A stretch of 64,000 nucleotides of DNA from Planctomycetota bacterium (GTDB taxonomy: Bacteria > Planctomycetota > UBA11346): positions 128,001-192,000 of the forward strand of contig JBBRLJ010000002.1 in NCBI GenBank assembly GCA_038231435.1, in the 5' to 3' direction. The number at the start of each line of letters is the position of its first letter. The first letter of the stretch is position 1. The notes below the pieces were generated by a model. That model searched no databases. It was not told the DNA's origin and worked only from the letters and a program-made list of their open reading frames with translations. The position numbers were made by a program, and so were the translations under genes. Positions 1 through 9,500 of the stretch are shown piece by piece.

Positions 1-477
1 GAATGCGCCGCCATCGCAGCGGGCGGCATCGCGCGGGGCGCGCTCGACGCTGCGGGACTGAGCCTGCGCGCCAGCGCCGCGCTCGCGTCGCTGGCCGCGC
101 TCGCCGTGCCTGCCAGGGAGCGGACGGACGCCGAGATGACCGGACGCGATGCCGACGGCGCGATGGCGGCGTGCCGCGCATTCCTCGCCGCGCGCTATCG
201 CGATCCGATCGGCATTCCCGAACTCGCCAAGCACGTTGGGCTCAGCCCGGACCACCTCCGCCACCGTTTCTCGCGCACCCATGGCATGGGCGTGGTCCCG
301 TTTCTGCGCGCGCTGCGCATCGCACGCGCCAAGGAGCTGCTCGAGCACGCACCGCTGACCCTCGCCGAGATCGCCAGCATGTGCGGGTTCGGCACCGACC
401 GCTATTTCTCCGAGATATTCCGGCGTTCGACCGGTCTCACACCGGGCGCATATCGGCGCGACAAGGCGGGACGCTGA
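1..477 (+). CDS. AraC-family transcriptional regulator (5' end outside window)
   Basis: Frame is open from base 1. The C-terminus has the AraC double HTH: 'IGIPELAKHVGLSPDHLRHRF...LRIARAKELL...IASMCGFGTDRYFSEIFRRSTGLTPGAYR'. Confidence 0.9.
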   Translation, partial: ECAAIAAGGIARGALDAAGLSLRASAALASLAALAVPARERTDAEMTGRDADGAMAACRAFLAARYRDPIGIPELAKHVGLSPDHLRHRFSRTHGMGVVPFLRALRIARAKELLEHAPLTLAEIASMCGFGTDRYFSEIFRRSTGLTPGAYRRDKAGR

Positions 478-574
478 GCCGTCAACTGGTGATGCATGCT
501 TCGCTAGAGACTCATGGCGCGGCGGACAGCGTCACCGATGGCATGGGCGGAGGCTATTGTTCACGCACGCTTAT

Positions 575-692
575 TGCGGGGGCTTTGCCCCCGGGCCCCC
601 ACGACTTTTGTCGTCCTTCGTTCCGCCCGCCGGGCGGCCGAAACGTTTGCGCGATGGGCTGCGCCCATGGTTCACGCACACCAGGACTCGGC
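575..692 (+). repeat. Dispersed palindromic repeat, family A, copy 1
   Basis: Aligns by eye with the reverse complements of 46561-46673 and 62390-62504 (GGGGGCTTTGCCCCCGG...TTTGTCGTCCTTCGTT...TTTGCGCGATGGGCTGCGCCCATGGTTCACGCACA). Confidence 0.85.
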
Positions 693-729
693 AGTCGGAG
701 GAGGGCTTCGGGTCCGGACCTCCGGCGAA

Positions 730-2556
730 TCAGCCGGCGGCGGCCTTGCGCTTCTCTTCCAGTTCGTGCCAGCGCGAATAGAGGCGGTCGACCTCGGCCT
801 GCGATTCGGCGAGGCGGGTGCACGCGCGTTCGAGCTCGACCGGGTCCGAGGACACGGTGGGGTTGGCGATCGCCTGCTCGGCCTTCTCGATCTCGGCTTC
901 GGCGGTGGCGATCGACTCCTCCATGCGCTCGAGTTCGCGGTTCTCCTTCGGCGAGAGACCCGCGGCGGCGGGTTTGCGCTGGGATCCGGCGCGCGCGGCG
1001 CCGCCGGAGCGGTTGGTGATCTTCTCGGTACCCAGCACCAGGCGCTCCTGCGCCTGCTGCCACTGGGAATAATCGGCGAAGGGATGGACCCCGCCGGCGC
1101 CGTCGAGGGCGAGCAGGTTGGTGGAGACGCGCGAGAGCATGAAGCGGTCATGCGTGACCAGCACCACCGCTCCGGGGAACTCGATCAGGCTCTCCTCGAG
1201 CACCTCGAGCGACGGGATGTCGAGATCATTGGTCGGTTCGTCCAGGAGCAGCAGATCCGCCGACTGCAGCATCAGCAGGCTGATCAGGATGCGCGCCTGC
1301 TCGCCGCCCGAGAGCGTGCCGACTTCGAGATCGAGCTGCTCGTGCTTGAACAGGAAGCGTTTCGCCCACGACATCAGGTGGATGGGGTGATTGCGGTAGA
1401 GCACGGTCTCGCCGTTCGGGCACAGCGTCTTGCGCAGCGTGCGTTTCGGGTCGAGGCGGGTGCGGTCCTGGTGGAATACCACCGTGCGCAGCTCCAGCGC
1501 GCGCTTGATGGTGCCGGCATCGGGCTGGATCTCGCCGGCGATCGCGCGCAGCAGCGTGGATTTGCCACTGCCGTTGCGGCCGAGCAGGCCGAGGCGCGTG
1601 CCGGGCCCGAGCGCCAGGTCGAGCCCGTCGAACAGCTTCTTGCCGCCGAGGGTCTTCGAGATGCCCTTGGCCACCACCAGGTCGTTGGTGCGACGGCCGC
1701 TGGCATCGAAGTCGATGTCGACGGTGCGGGTCTGCGAATTCCGCCAGGACACCTCCTTCAGCTCGTCGATCAGCCGGCCGGCCTCTTTGATGCGGCCCTC
1801 GGACTTGGTGGTGCGCGCCTTGGGCGCCTTCTTCAGCCACTCTTCCTCGCGCCGGACGCGGTTGCTGAGCGTCTCCTGGCGCGACTGCTGGATCTCGAGG
1901 TTCTGCTGGCGATGGACCAGGAATTCATTGTAGCCGCCGATCGAACTGAAGCAGCCGCCGTCGTGGCGCGGATCCACCTCGACGATGCGCGTGGCGACGC
2001 GTTCGAGGAAGTAGCGGTCGTGGCTCGCGACCACGCACGCGAAGGTGGCGTTCGAGAGCAGGCGTTCGAGCCACATCACCCCGTCGAGGTCGAGATGGTT
2101 GGTGGGCTCGTCCATCAGCAGGAGATCGGGCGTGAGCGCGAACTCGCGCACGATGGCCAGGCGCTTGCGCCAGCCGCCGGACAGGCTCGACACCGCCTGC
2201 TCGAGATCGGCGAAGCCGGCCTTGCTCAGCGCGATGGCGGACTCGGCCTCGGCTTCGTGGGCGTCCAAGCCGAGCTTGACCAACGCCGCGGCGATGGCCG
2301 CGACCACCGTCTGGCTGGTCACGAACTCGTCGGCCTGGGCGAGGTAGCCGAGGCGCATGCCCTTCGCCGCCGAGCGCACGCCGGCGTCGGCCTCTTCACG
2401 CCCAGCCATGATCCGCAGCAAGGTCGACTTGCCCGCGCCATTGGGGCCGATCAGACCGACGCGCTCGGCCTCGTTCACGTCCAATGACAGGCCCTCGAAC
2501 AGCGGATGGGCGCTGTAGGCCTTGGCGAGATCGCGACACGAGAGCAGCGGCGGCAT
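730..2556 (-). CDS. ABC-F family ATPase (Uup-like)
   Basis: Two NBDs (GPNGAGKST/LSGGW/DEPTNHLD and GRNGSGKST/LSGGE/DEPTNDLD), no TM segments, C-terminal coiled coil ending 'LYSRWHELE'. Start placed at MPPLLSC. Confidence 0.92.
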   Translation of the reverse strand: MPPLLSCRDLAKAYSAHPLFEGLSLDVNEAERVGLIGPNGAGKSTLLRIMAGREEADAGVRSAAKGMRLGYLAQADEFVTSQTVVAAIAAALVKLGLDAHEAEAESAIALSKAGFADLEQAVSSLSGGWRKRLAIVREFALTPDLLLMDEPTNHLDLDGVMWLERLLSNATFACVVASHDRYFLERVATRIVEVDPRHDGGCFSSIGGYNEFLVHRQQNLEIQQSRQETLSNRVRREEEWLKKAPKARTTKSEGRIKEAGRLIDELKEVSWRNSQTRTVDIDFDASGRRTNDLVVAKGISKTLGGKKLFDGLDLALGPGTRLGLLGRNGSGKSTLLRAIAGEIQPDAGTIKRALELRTVVFHQDRTRLDPKRTLRKTLCPNGETVLYRNHPIHLMSWAKRFLFKHEQLDLEVGTLSGGEQARILISLLMLQSADLLLLDEPTNDLDIPSLEVLEESLIEFPGAVVLVTHDRFMLSRVSTNLLALDGAGGVHPFADYSQWQQAQERLVLGTEKITNRSGGAARAGSQRKPAAAGLSPKENRELERMEESIATAEAEIEKAEQAIANPTVSSDPVELERACTRLAESQAEVDRLYSRWHELEEKRKAAAG

Positions 2557-2699
2557 GGTCGGGACAGGATACCGGGAAACACCTGGGCACAATACCGCTG
2601 GCGGGGTGAGTGGCCGCCTGCGCTACCGCCCGGACCGGGCAGCAAGCACGCGCAGAGCATAATTGCGGCTCGCCGCCGCTGCCCGTAGGCTGAGCAGAG

Positions 2700-4529
2700 A
2701 TGATCCCGAAGCGCCATTACGGTTCGGTGAGCCTGGCGATCGCCGCGGCTGGATTCGTCGCGGTCGAGGTCGCCATCCGCCGGGGATGGCTCGCCGGCAA
2801 CAGCGGCACGATGCTCGCCGCCGCCTTCGAGGCCGGGACCATCGGCGGGGTCGCCGACTGGTTCGCGGTCTCGGCCCTGTTCCACCACGTGCCGATTCCG
2901 TTCCTCGGACGGCATACGAACATCATCGTGCGCCAACGCGCGCGCATCACCGAGAACATCGTCGACATGGTCGAGGAGCAGTGGCTCGCGCCGGACGTGA
3001 TCGGCGCGCAGCTGGGCAACCTGGTCAATTCCGGCACCATGCTCGCCTGGCTCGACGATCCCGCCCGCCGCGGACAGGCCGCCTCGCTGGCCAAGCACGC
3101 CCTGGCGCTGTGCGCGCGCGAACTCGATAGCCCGGAAGCCGCGAGCCTCCTCTCGCGGGTGGTGATGGACCAGTTGGCGTCGCTCGACCTGGCCAAGCCG
3201 ATCGGCGCGTGGATAGGCAGCATGGTCGACCGCGGCGAGCACGCCCCGGCATGGACGGGCCTGTTGCGCGCGGTCGAGGACGACATCGATGCGCCTGAGA
3301 CCCGAGCCATCGCCCGCGGCCTGGTCAAGGACGCGCTCGCCGCCTGCCTGCCGCAGATCCTCGATCGCGCGGCGCAGGGCGAATCGGCCGCGGTGGTGCT
3401 CGCCGAGCTGCGCAGGCTACTGCTGTCCCTGGACCTGTCGCGGCCGATCGGCGAATGGCTGGCCCAGGCGGTGCGCCGCCGCGATCACGATCCCCTGAGC
3501 GAGGGCCTGGTGGACGCGATGCGCGGCGACCTCGCGGCTTCCTCCGAATTCAAGGAGCTGATCGAGGGGCTGGTGCGCGACGCGCTCGAGCGCTGGAAGA
3601 GCCGCGGCTGGAAGGAGCGCCTGCTCGGCGGGGGCGCCGAGGCCTTCGGCGCGCTGCGCCATGACGCCATCGCCGCCGATGTGCTGGCCGCGGTGGACGG
3701 CGCGCTGGCGCAGGCCAAGAGCGACCCGACGCATCCGCTGCGCAAGAAGCTCGACGCGACGCTCCTGGAATTCGCCAGCCGCCTGTCGGCGGGCGACGCG
3801 GCGCTCAGTGCGCCGGTGCAGAAGCTCTCGCGTGAGCTGATCGAGCGAGCCGATCTCGGCGCCCTGCTGACGGGCGTCTGCGCCTGGCTCAAACGCGCGC
3901 TGGTGGCCGACACCGAAACCGGGAAAGACGCTGGCGGCTCCCTGATCGACTACGATGCGATCGCGGGCGCCGCCACCGCGGCGATCGGCACCCTGCTGAA
4001 GGATGCGCGCGGACGCACCGACCATCCGATCCGCGTGCGCGTCGACGCCGAGATCCGCGCGTTCGCGAGCCGCATGGAGCAGGGCGAGCCGGCGGCGACC
4101 GCCCAGGTGACGCGCCTGCAGGAACGCTTCCTCGCCAACGTCGACCTCACCCAGGCGATGCGCGGATCGCTGTCGCGCATGAAGGCGACGGTCACCGACC
4201 AGCTCGCCGACGGCTCGAGCCCCCTCCTGCAATTGCTGTCGCGCCTGCTCGACGGCATGGTCGAGGGCCTGCGCTCCGATGCCGTGCGGCGCGAGCGGCT
4301 CGACCAGTGGCTGCGTGCGGCGATCATCGAGCTCGTGCACAAACACCACGACCTGGTGGGCCGGATGGTGCGGGCGAGCCTCGATCCCAAGACCCTGAGC
4401 AACGAGCAGCTGGTGGCGCAGATCGAATCGAAGGTGGGCGACGATCTGCAATACATCCGCCTGAACGGCGCGATCGTCGGCGGCATGGTCGGAGTGGGGC
4501 TGGCGGCGCTGAAGATCTACGCGTTCTGA
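2700..4529 (+). CDS. DUF445-family membrane protein, elongated
   Basis: N-terminal 'AAFEAGTIGGVADWFAVSALFHH' and C-terminal 'IESKVGDDLQYIRLNGAIVGGMVG' are the DUF445 signatures. Confidence 0.88.
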   Translation: MIPKRHYGSVSLAIAAAGFVAVEVAIRRGWLAGNSGTMLAAAFEAGTIGGVADWFAVSALFHHVPIPFLGRHTNIIVRQRARITENIVDMVEEQWLAPDVIGAQLGNLVNSGTMLAWLDDPARRGQAASLAKHALALCARELDSPEAASLLSRVVMDQLASLDLAKPIGAWIGSMVDRGEHAPAWTGLLRAVEDDIDAPETRAIARGLVKDALAACLPQILDRAAQGESAAVVLAELRRLLLSLDLSRPIGEWLAQAVRRRDHDPLSEGLVDAMRGDLAASSEFKELIEGLVRDALERWKSRGWKERLLGGGAEAFGALRHDAIAADVLAAVDGALAQAKSDPTHPLRKKLDATLLEFASRLSAGDAALSAPVQKLSRELIERADLGALLTGVCAWLKRALVADTETGKDAGGSLIDYDAIAGAATAAIGTLLKDARGRTDHPIRVRVDAEIRAFASRMEQGEPAATAQVTRLQERFLANVDLTQAMRGSLSRMKATVTDQLADGSSPLLQLLSRLLDGMVEGLRSDAVRRERLDQWLRAAIIELVHKHHDLVGRMVRASLDPKTLSNEQLVAQIESKVGDDLQYIRLNGAIVGGMVGVGLAALKIYAF

Positions 4530-4637
4530 ACCCGGGTCCGCTGGGGCCAATACATGGGTTTGGCCTTCGGCCGCCTGCCGCCACCGGGCAATTGGACAAG
4601 GGATGGCGGGGACACGGTTCGTGCGGTATCCTCCCCC

Positions 4638-5243
4638 ATGCACGCCAAATCCTCGCGCCTCCACATCGCCACCAAGCACCGCAAGCTGCGCGGCGAGGAC
4701 TGGGTGATCTCGGAGATGATGCTCGACCGAGCCATCGACGCCATCAACCGGCGCATCGTCCTGGTACGACGCTACGACGTGCCGTACCTCGCCGGCTACA
4801 GCCTCGACGGCAAGACCATCTACATCGACAAGGACCTGCCGACCGGATTCACCACGCGTGGCCAGCGGGTGAAGACCGACCGCTACCTGATTCTGCACGA
4901 GGCGGTCGAGAAGAGCATCCTGCTGCACTTCGGCATGAAGTACCAGCACGCCCACCAGATCGCGCTGCGCGCCGAGCAGGCCGCGGTGCGCGCCGATGGC
5001 GTGTCGTGGGCCGAGTACGACGCCTTCATGCAGGACTGCATCAAGGAGGCCGCCGAGGACCACTCGATGATCCTGCCCCACGACCTCGACCTGACGCCCT
5101 ACATCGACGAGCACGACGACGAGATCCTGACGCGCATGCGCGCCTGCATGGCCAAGCCCACGGGCAAGGCATCGTCATCCTCATCCACGAGGAAATCGAG
5201 CCGCAAGCTCGCCGTGGCCGGCGGGGCCAGCAGGAAGAGCTGA
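4638..5243 (+). CDS. Hypothetical protein with HExxE / HxH motif
   Basis: High-GC3 coding pattern. Contains 'LILHEAVEK...YQHAHQIALRAE'. Start at MHAKSS is uncertain. Confidence 0.75.
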   Translation: MHAKSSRLHIATKHRKLRGEDWVISEMMLDRAIDAINRRIVLVRRYDVPYLAGYSLDGKTIYIDKDLPTGFTTRGQRVKTDRYLILHEAVEKSILLHFGMKYQHAHQIALRAEQAAVRADGVSWAEYDAFMQDCIKEAAEDHSMILPHDLDLTPYIDEHDDEILTRMRACMAKPTGKASSSSSTRKSSRKLAVAGGASRKS

Positions 5244-5297
5244 GCGTCAACGTCAACGTAAGCCGCGCCAGCGCTCGTCCCGATCAGCTTCGCGGAT

Positions 5298-6674
5298 TCA
5301 CCGAGGATTCACCAGGTGATAGGCCTTCGGCTGGGTGAAGGCCTTGATGCCATAGGTCGAGAGCGTGCTGCCGATCCCTGACCAGCCGCGCCCGGTCCAG
5401 GGCAAGCGAGGGCTGACGCGGTCGCAGCAGTTCCAGTACGCCGAGCCCGATGACACCGCGGCGAGGATCTCCTCGGCGCGTGCGCGATCGCGGGTGTAGA
5501 CGCCCGCGGTGAGGCCGTAGCGGGTGTCGTTCATCAGCCGCACGGCCTCGATGTCGTCGTGCACCTTCATGATGCCGATGAGCGGCCCGAAGGTCTCCTC
5601 GCGCATCACCTCCATCGAGTGGTCGACATCCAGCAGCACGGTGGGCTCGAAGAACGCGCCCGCGCGCGCGAGCCGCTTGCCGCCGCAGACCACGCGCGCG
5701 CCCTTTGCTACGGCGTCGGCGACCTGGCGATCGAGCACATCGAGATGCACGGCGCGGGTGATCGCGCCGATGTAGGTGGATTCCCGCGTCGGGTCCCCCA
5801 CCTCGAAGCCGGTGACGACCCGAACGAATGCTGCGACGAACTCGTCGTAGACGCGCTCGTGCACGTACAGGCGCTCGATCGCACAACAGCTCTGGCCAGC
5901 GTTGTAGAACGCTCCGTCCGCGGTGGCGGACGCGACGCTCGCCGCGTCCACGTCGTCGCGTACGTAGACCGGATCCTTGCCGCCGAGCTCGAGCTGGACC
6001 TTGATCATGCGCGGTGCGACGGTCTCGGCGATCTTCTGGCCGGTCACGTAGCTGCCGGTGAAGAACACCCCGTCCACGGGCAGCTCGAGCAGCGCCGCGC
6101 CCGCCGCGCCGCTGCCGATGATCGGGATGAAGACGTCCTCGGGGACACCGGCCTCGCGCATCAGGCGCGCGATCTCGATGCCGGTGAGGGTCGCGTATTC
6201 GGACGGCTTGTAGAGCACCGCGTTGCCGCACAAGAGCGCGGGAATGAACACGTTGCTGCCCACGAACCAGGGATAATTCCAGGCCGAGACGTTGGCGATG
6301 ACGCCGAGCGGCTCGTGCACGATGCGTTCCTCGAGGCCCTTGGCGGCATCGGTCGCCACCACCTCGTCGGCGATGGCGCGCTGGACCTGCTCGAGGAAGA
6401 AGCCGTAGCGTGCGTCGACGTTGGCGACCTCGCTGCGCGCCTGGGTGATCGGCTTGCCAGTCTCGAGCGTGAGCGTGCGCGCGAGATCCTCGACGCCCGC
6501 CGCCACCAGCTGGCGGAAGCGCGCGATCGCCGCCATGCGCGCCGCCAGCGGCGTGCGCGCCCACGGCTTCTGCGCGGCGCGCGCGCGCACGTAGGCGGCG
6601 CGGATACTGTCGGCGGAGTCCTCGGGGATCTCGCGCACCACGGCGCCGGTGGCGGGATTGGTCACGCGCAGCAT
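5298..6674 (-). CDS. Aldehyde dehydrogenase
   Basis: Motifs 'SAWNYP', 'KPSE', 'FTGS', 'LELGGKDP', catalytic Cys in 'NAGQSCC', 'EETFGP'. Confidence 0.95.
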   Translation of the reverse strand: MLRVTNPATGAVVREIPEDSADSIRAAYVRARAAQKPWARTPLAARMAAIARFRQLVAAGVEDLARTLTLETGKPITQARSEVANVDARYGFFLEQVQRAIADEVVATDAAKGLEERIVHEPLGVIANVSAWNYPWFVGSNVFIPALLCGNAVLYKPSEYATLTGIEIARLMREAGVPEDVFIPIIGSGAAGAALLELPVDGVFFTGSYVTGQKIAETVAPRMIKVQLELGGKDPVYVRDDVDAASVASATADGAFYNAGQSCCAIERLYVHERVYDEFVAAFVRVVTGFEVGDPTRESTYIGAITRAVHLDVLDRQVADAVAKGARVVCGGKRLARAGAFFEPTVLLDVDHSMEVMREETFGPLIGIMKVHDDIEAVRLMNDTRYGLTAGVYTRDRARAEEILAAVSSGSAYWNCCDRVSPRLPWTGRGWSGIGSTLSTYGIKAFTQPKAYHLVNPR

Positions 6675-6675
6675 G

Positions 6676-7866
6676 TCAGGACTTTCCTGAGACGGCGAAG
6701 GCGTTGGCGAAGATGCGCTGGAAGTCGGCGAGCGCGCAGACGGCCGGATTGCTCTGGTGGCAGCCGTCGGCGAGCGCGAGGTCGCAGAGCCGCGGGCCGA
6801 GCGCCGGATCCACCTTGGCCGCGACCAGGTTCGCCGGGATGCCGATCGCCGCCTTCAGGCGCGCGAGCCAGGCCAGGAAGGATCCGCCGTCGCGGCCGGG
6901 TAGACCGACCACCTCGGCGAGCGTGGCGAAGCGCTCGGGCGCGGCGGAGAGGTTGTGCGCCAGCGCGAAGTCGATCATCACCGCATTGGCGAGGCCGTGG
7001 TGCATGTCGGCGGCGGCGGACAGCGCGTGGGCGCAGGAATGGGTCACGCCCAGGCCCTTCTGGAAGGCGATCGCGCCCATCATCGACGCCATCAGCATGC
7101 CACCACGCGCCTCGATGTCAGCGGGCACGCGCACGCAGCGTTCGAGATGGCGCGCGGCCAGGCGCAGGCCCTCGAGCGCGATGCCGTCGCAGATCGGGTG
7201 GAAGTCCTTGGCCAAGTAGGCCTCGACGCAGTGGGTGAGCGCGTCCATCCCGGTCGCGGCGGTGACGCCGGCCGGCAGAGCGAGGGTGAGCTCGGGATCG
7301 GCGAATACCGCCTTCGCCAGCAGCCGCGGCGAGAATACGATGCGCTTCACGTGCGTGGCCTCGTCCGAGATCACCGCGCTGCGGCCGACCTCGCTGCCGG
7401 TGCCGGCGGTGGTCGGCAGCGCGATCAGATGCGGGATCGGCTGGTCGATCGGACGCGCGCCGGGCTTGCCGTCCTCGTAATCGAGGATCTCGCCCGGGTG
7501 GTGCGCCATCAGCGCGATGGCCTTGGCCACGTCGAGCGCCGCGCCGCCGCCGAAGCCGATGATGCCGTCGGCGCGATGCGCGCGGAAGGCGGCCACGCCG
7601 GCGGTCACCTGCGAGACGGTGGGGTTGCCCCAGATGCCGCTGAACACCTCGGCCGGCACGCCGTCGCGGGCGAACTGGCCCATGAAGTCGGCGAACACCG
7701 GCAGGGCCGCGAGTCCGCGATCGGTGACCACCAGGGGCCGCGTGACCCCACCGTCGATCAGGCTCTGCGGCACCAGGAAGCGCACCCCGGCGCCGAAGGT
7801 GATCGCGGTGGGAAAACTGAAACGGCGGGCGCTGGCGGCGGGAGAAGGAGCGGGGGATGTGGCCAT
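6676..7866 (-). CDS. Iron-containing alcohol dehydrogenase
   Basis: Motifs 'GGGAALDVAKA', 'PTTAGTGSE', 'GMDALTHCVEAY', 'HSCAH...HHGLANA'. GAGG RBS upstream of MATSP. Confidence 0.93.
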   Translation of the reverse strand: MATSPAPSPAASARRFSFPTAITFGAGVRFLVPQSLIDGGVTRPLVVTDRGLAALPVFADFMGQFARDGVPAEVFSGIWGNPTVSQVTAGVAAFRAHRADGIIGFGGGAALDVAKAIALMAHHPGEILDYEDGKPGARPIDQPIPHLIALPTTAGTGSEVGRSAVISDEATHVKRIVFSPRLLAKAVFADPELTLALPAGVTAATGMDALTHCVEAYLAKDFHPICDGIALEGLRLAARHLERCVRVPADIEARGGMLMASMMGAIAFQKGLGVTHSCAHALSAAADMHHGLANAVMIDFALAHNLSAAPERFATLAEVVGLPGRDGGSFLAWLARLKAAIGIPANLVAAKVDPALGPRLCDLALADGCHQSNPAVCALADFQRIFANAFAVSGKS

Positions 7867-7892
7867 GTCTACCTCTGATGATCTCAAATGGC

Positions 7893-9263
7893 TCAGATGA
7901 TCTCGAAATAGCGCTGCAGTTCCCAATCGGTCACCGCGTCCTGGAACTGCCGCCACTCCCACAGCCGCGAGGCGGTGTAGTGCTCGACGAAGTCCGCGCC
8001 GAAGAGCTCCTTCGCCAGCGCCGACTCGCGCATGCGCGTGGCGGCTTCCAGCAGCGTGCGCGGCAGGCGCTCGATCGGCGATGCGTACGCGCTGCCAACG
8101 ATCGGCGGCGCGTCGAGCGCCAGCTTGCGTTCGACGCCATGCAGGCCCGCGGCGATGGTCGCGGCAACCGCGAGGTACGGATTCACGTCCGAACCCGGCA
8201 CGCGCGACTCCATGCGCGTGGCCTTGGCGCCGCCCATGATATGGCGGAAGGCGACGGTGCGGTTGTCGACGCCCCAGGTCGGCTTGGTCGGCGCCCAGTA
8301 ACCGTCCACCAGGCGCTTGTAGCTGTTCACCGTCGGCGCGAACATCGGCAATATCTCTGGGAGTGCGCGCAGGAGCCCGGCGACGTAGCTCTTGTAGGTC
8401 GCGCTCATGCCGAGCGCGTCGGCGGGATCGTGGAACAGGTTCCTGGTCCCAGCCGCGTCCCACAGGCTCTGGTGCACGTGGCCGCTGCAGCCGGGCAGCT
8501 TGGCGTTCCACTTGGCCATGAAGCTGGGCATGATGCCGAAGCGCGCGCCGATCTCCTTCACCGAGGTCTTGAACAGCGCCGCGCGGTCGGCGGCTTCCAG
8601 CGCGTCCGAATAGAGGATCGCGGCCTCGAACACGCCCGGGCCGGTCTCGGTGTGCAGGCCTTCGATCGGCACGCCGAAGGCGAGCATCTCGTCCATGATG
8701 GCGGTGAAGAACTCGCGATTCTGGCCGACGCGGATCAGGGAGTATCCGAACATGCCCGGACTGAGCGGCTCGATCGCGGTGAAGCGCTTGGCCTCGAGCG
8801 ATTTCGGCGTCTCTGAGAAGTTGAACCATTCGAATTCCATGCCGATCTTGGCCGCGAAGCCGGCGGAGCCCGCGCGTGCGAGCACGCGCTTGAGCAGCGA
8901 CCGCGGACAACCGACGACATCCTTGCCCTCAGCGGAAGAGAAATCGCCGAGGAAGAAGGGCAGGTCCTGTTCCCACGGGATCGCACGGCGGGTGCCGAGA
9001 TCGACGCGCGCGACCGCATCGGGATAGCCGGTATGCCAGCCGGTGTAGGCGCAGGCGTCGTAGCAGGCGTCGTGCATGTCCCAGCCGAAGACCACGTTGC
9101 AGAAGCCGAAGCCGCCGCTGACCGCGCCGAGGAACTTGTCCTTGTGCAGGTATTTGCCGCGCAGCACGCCATCGATGTCGCAGATCGCCACCTTCACCTT
9201 CTGGGCGGGCGAACGTTTGATCGCCTCGATGGTCTCCTGCGCGGTCGCCGTGCTTGTAGCCAT
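7893..9263 (-). CDS. Glutamine synthetase-like gamma-glutamyl-amine ligase
   Basis: Motifs 'DIDGVLRGK', 'EFEW', 'HTETGPGVFE', 'SGHVHQSLW', 'NRTVAFR', 'ESRVPG'. Has GYWAP where true GS has GYEAP. Start could be 9287. Confidence 0.9.
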   Translation of the reverse strand: MATSTATAQETIEAIKRSPAQKVKVAICDIDGVLRGKYLHKDKFLGAVSGGFGFCNVVFGWDMHDACYDACAYTGWHTGYPDAVARVDLGTRRAIPWEQDLPFFLGDFSSAEGKDVVGCPRSLLKRVLARAGSAGFAAKIGMEFEWFNFSETPKSLEAKRFTAIEPLSPGMFGYSLIRVGQNREFFTAIMDEMLAFGVPIEGLHTETGPGVFEAAILYSDALEAADRAALFKTSVKEIGARFGIMPSFMAKWNAKLPGCSGHVHQSLWDAAGTRNLFHDPADALGMSATYKSYVAGLLRALPEILPMFAPTVNSYKRLVDGYWAPTKPTWGVDNRTVAFRHIMGGAKATRMESRVPGSDVNPYLAVAATIAAGLHGVERKLALDAPPIVGSAYASPIERLPRTLLEAATRMRESALAKELFGADFVEHYTASRLWEWRQFQDAVTDWELQRYFEII

Positions 9264-9500
9264 GTGCGCGGGCCCCTTGCGGGCCATTGGATCCAGCCGG
9301 GACGACGGCGGCAAGGGTGGTTCGGGTGCAGCTTCGACCCTCGAGGGCCGGAAACGGTGAACCATCGCTCCGGAAGCGCGTTCAATGGGGTTCTTCGCCA
9401 CGCGGTAGGAACTGTCCGCGCCGGCATCCGGTCACGCACTCGGTCTCGCAGCCGGTCACGTAAGCCCCCGGACACGTTCACGTGAGTTCCAGGAGGCATC

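Noticed and set aside
514..2487. Long antisense and alternate-frame ORFs (also 9597-11444, 26058-28412, 52572-55055 and others)
   Set aside because: They are the expected shadows of real genes in high-GC DNA and show no recognisable motifs.
6676..8910. 744-aa ORF as a fusion protein
   Set aside because: The N-terminal half is an off-frame shadow of the GS-like gene. The Fe-ADH starts at 7866 with its own RBS.
7893..9263. True glutamine synthetase (glnA)
   Set aside because: The flap Glu is replaced by Trp and the operon context is catabolic.
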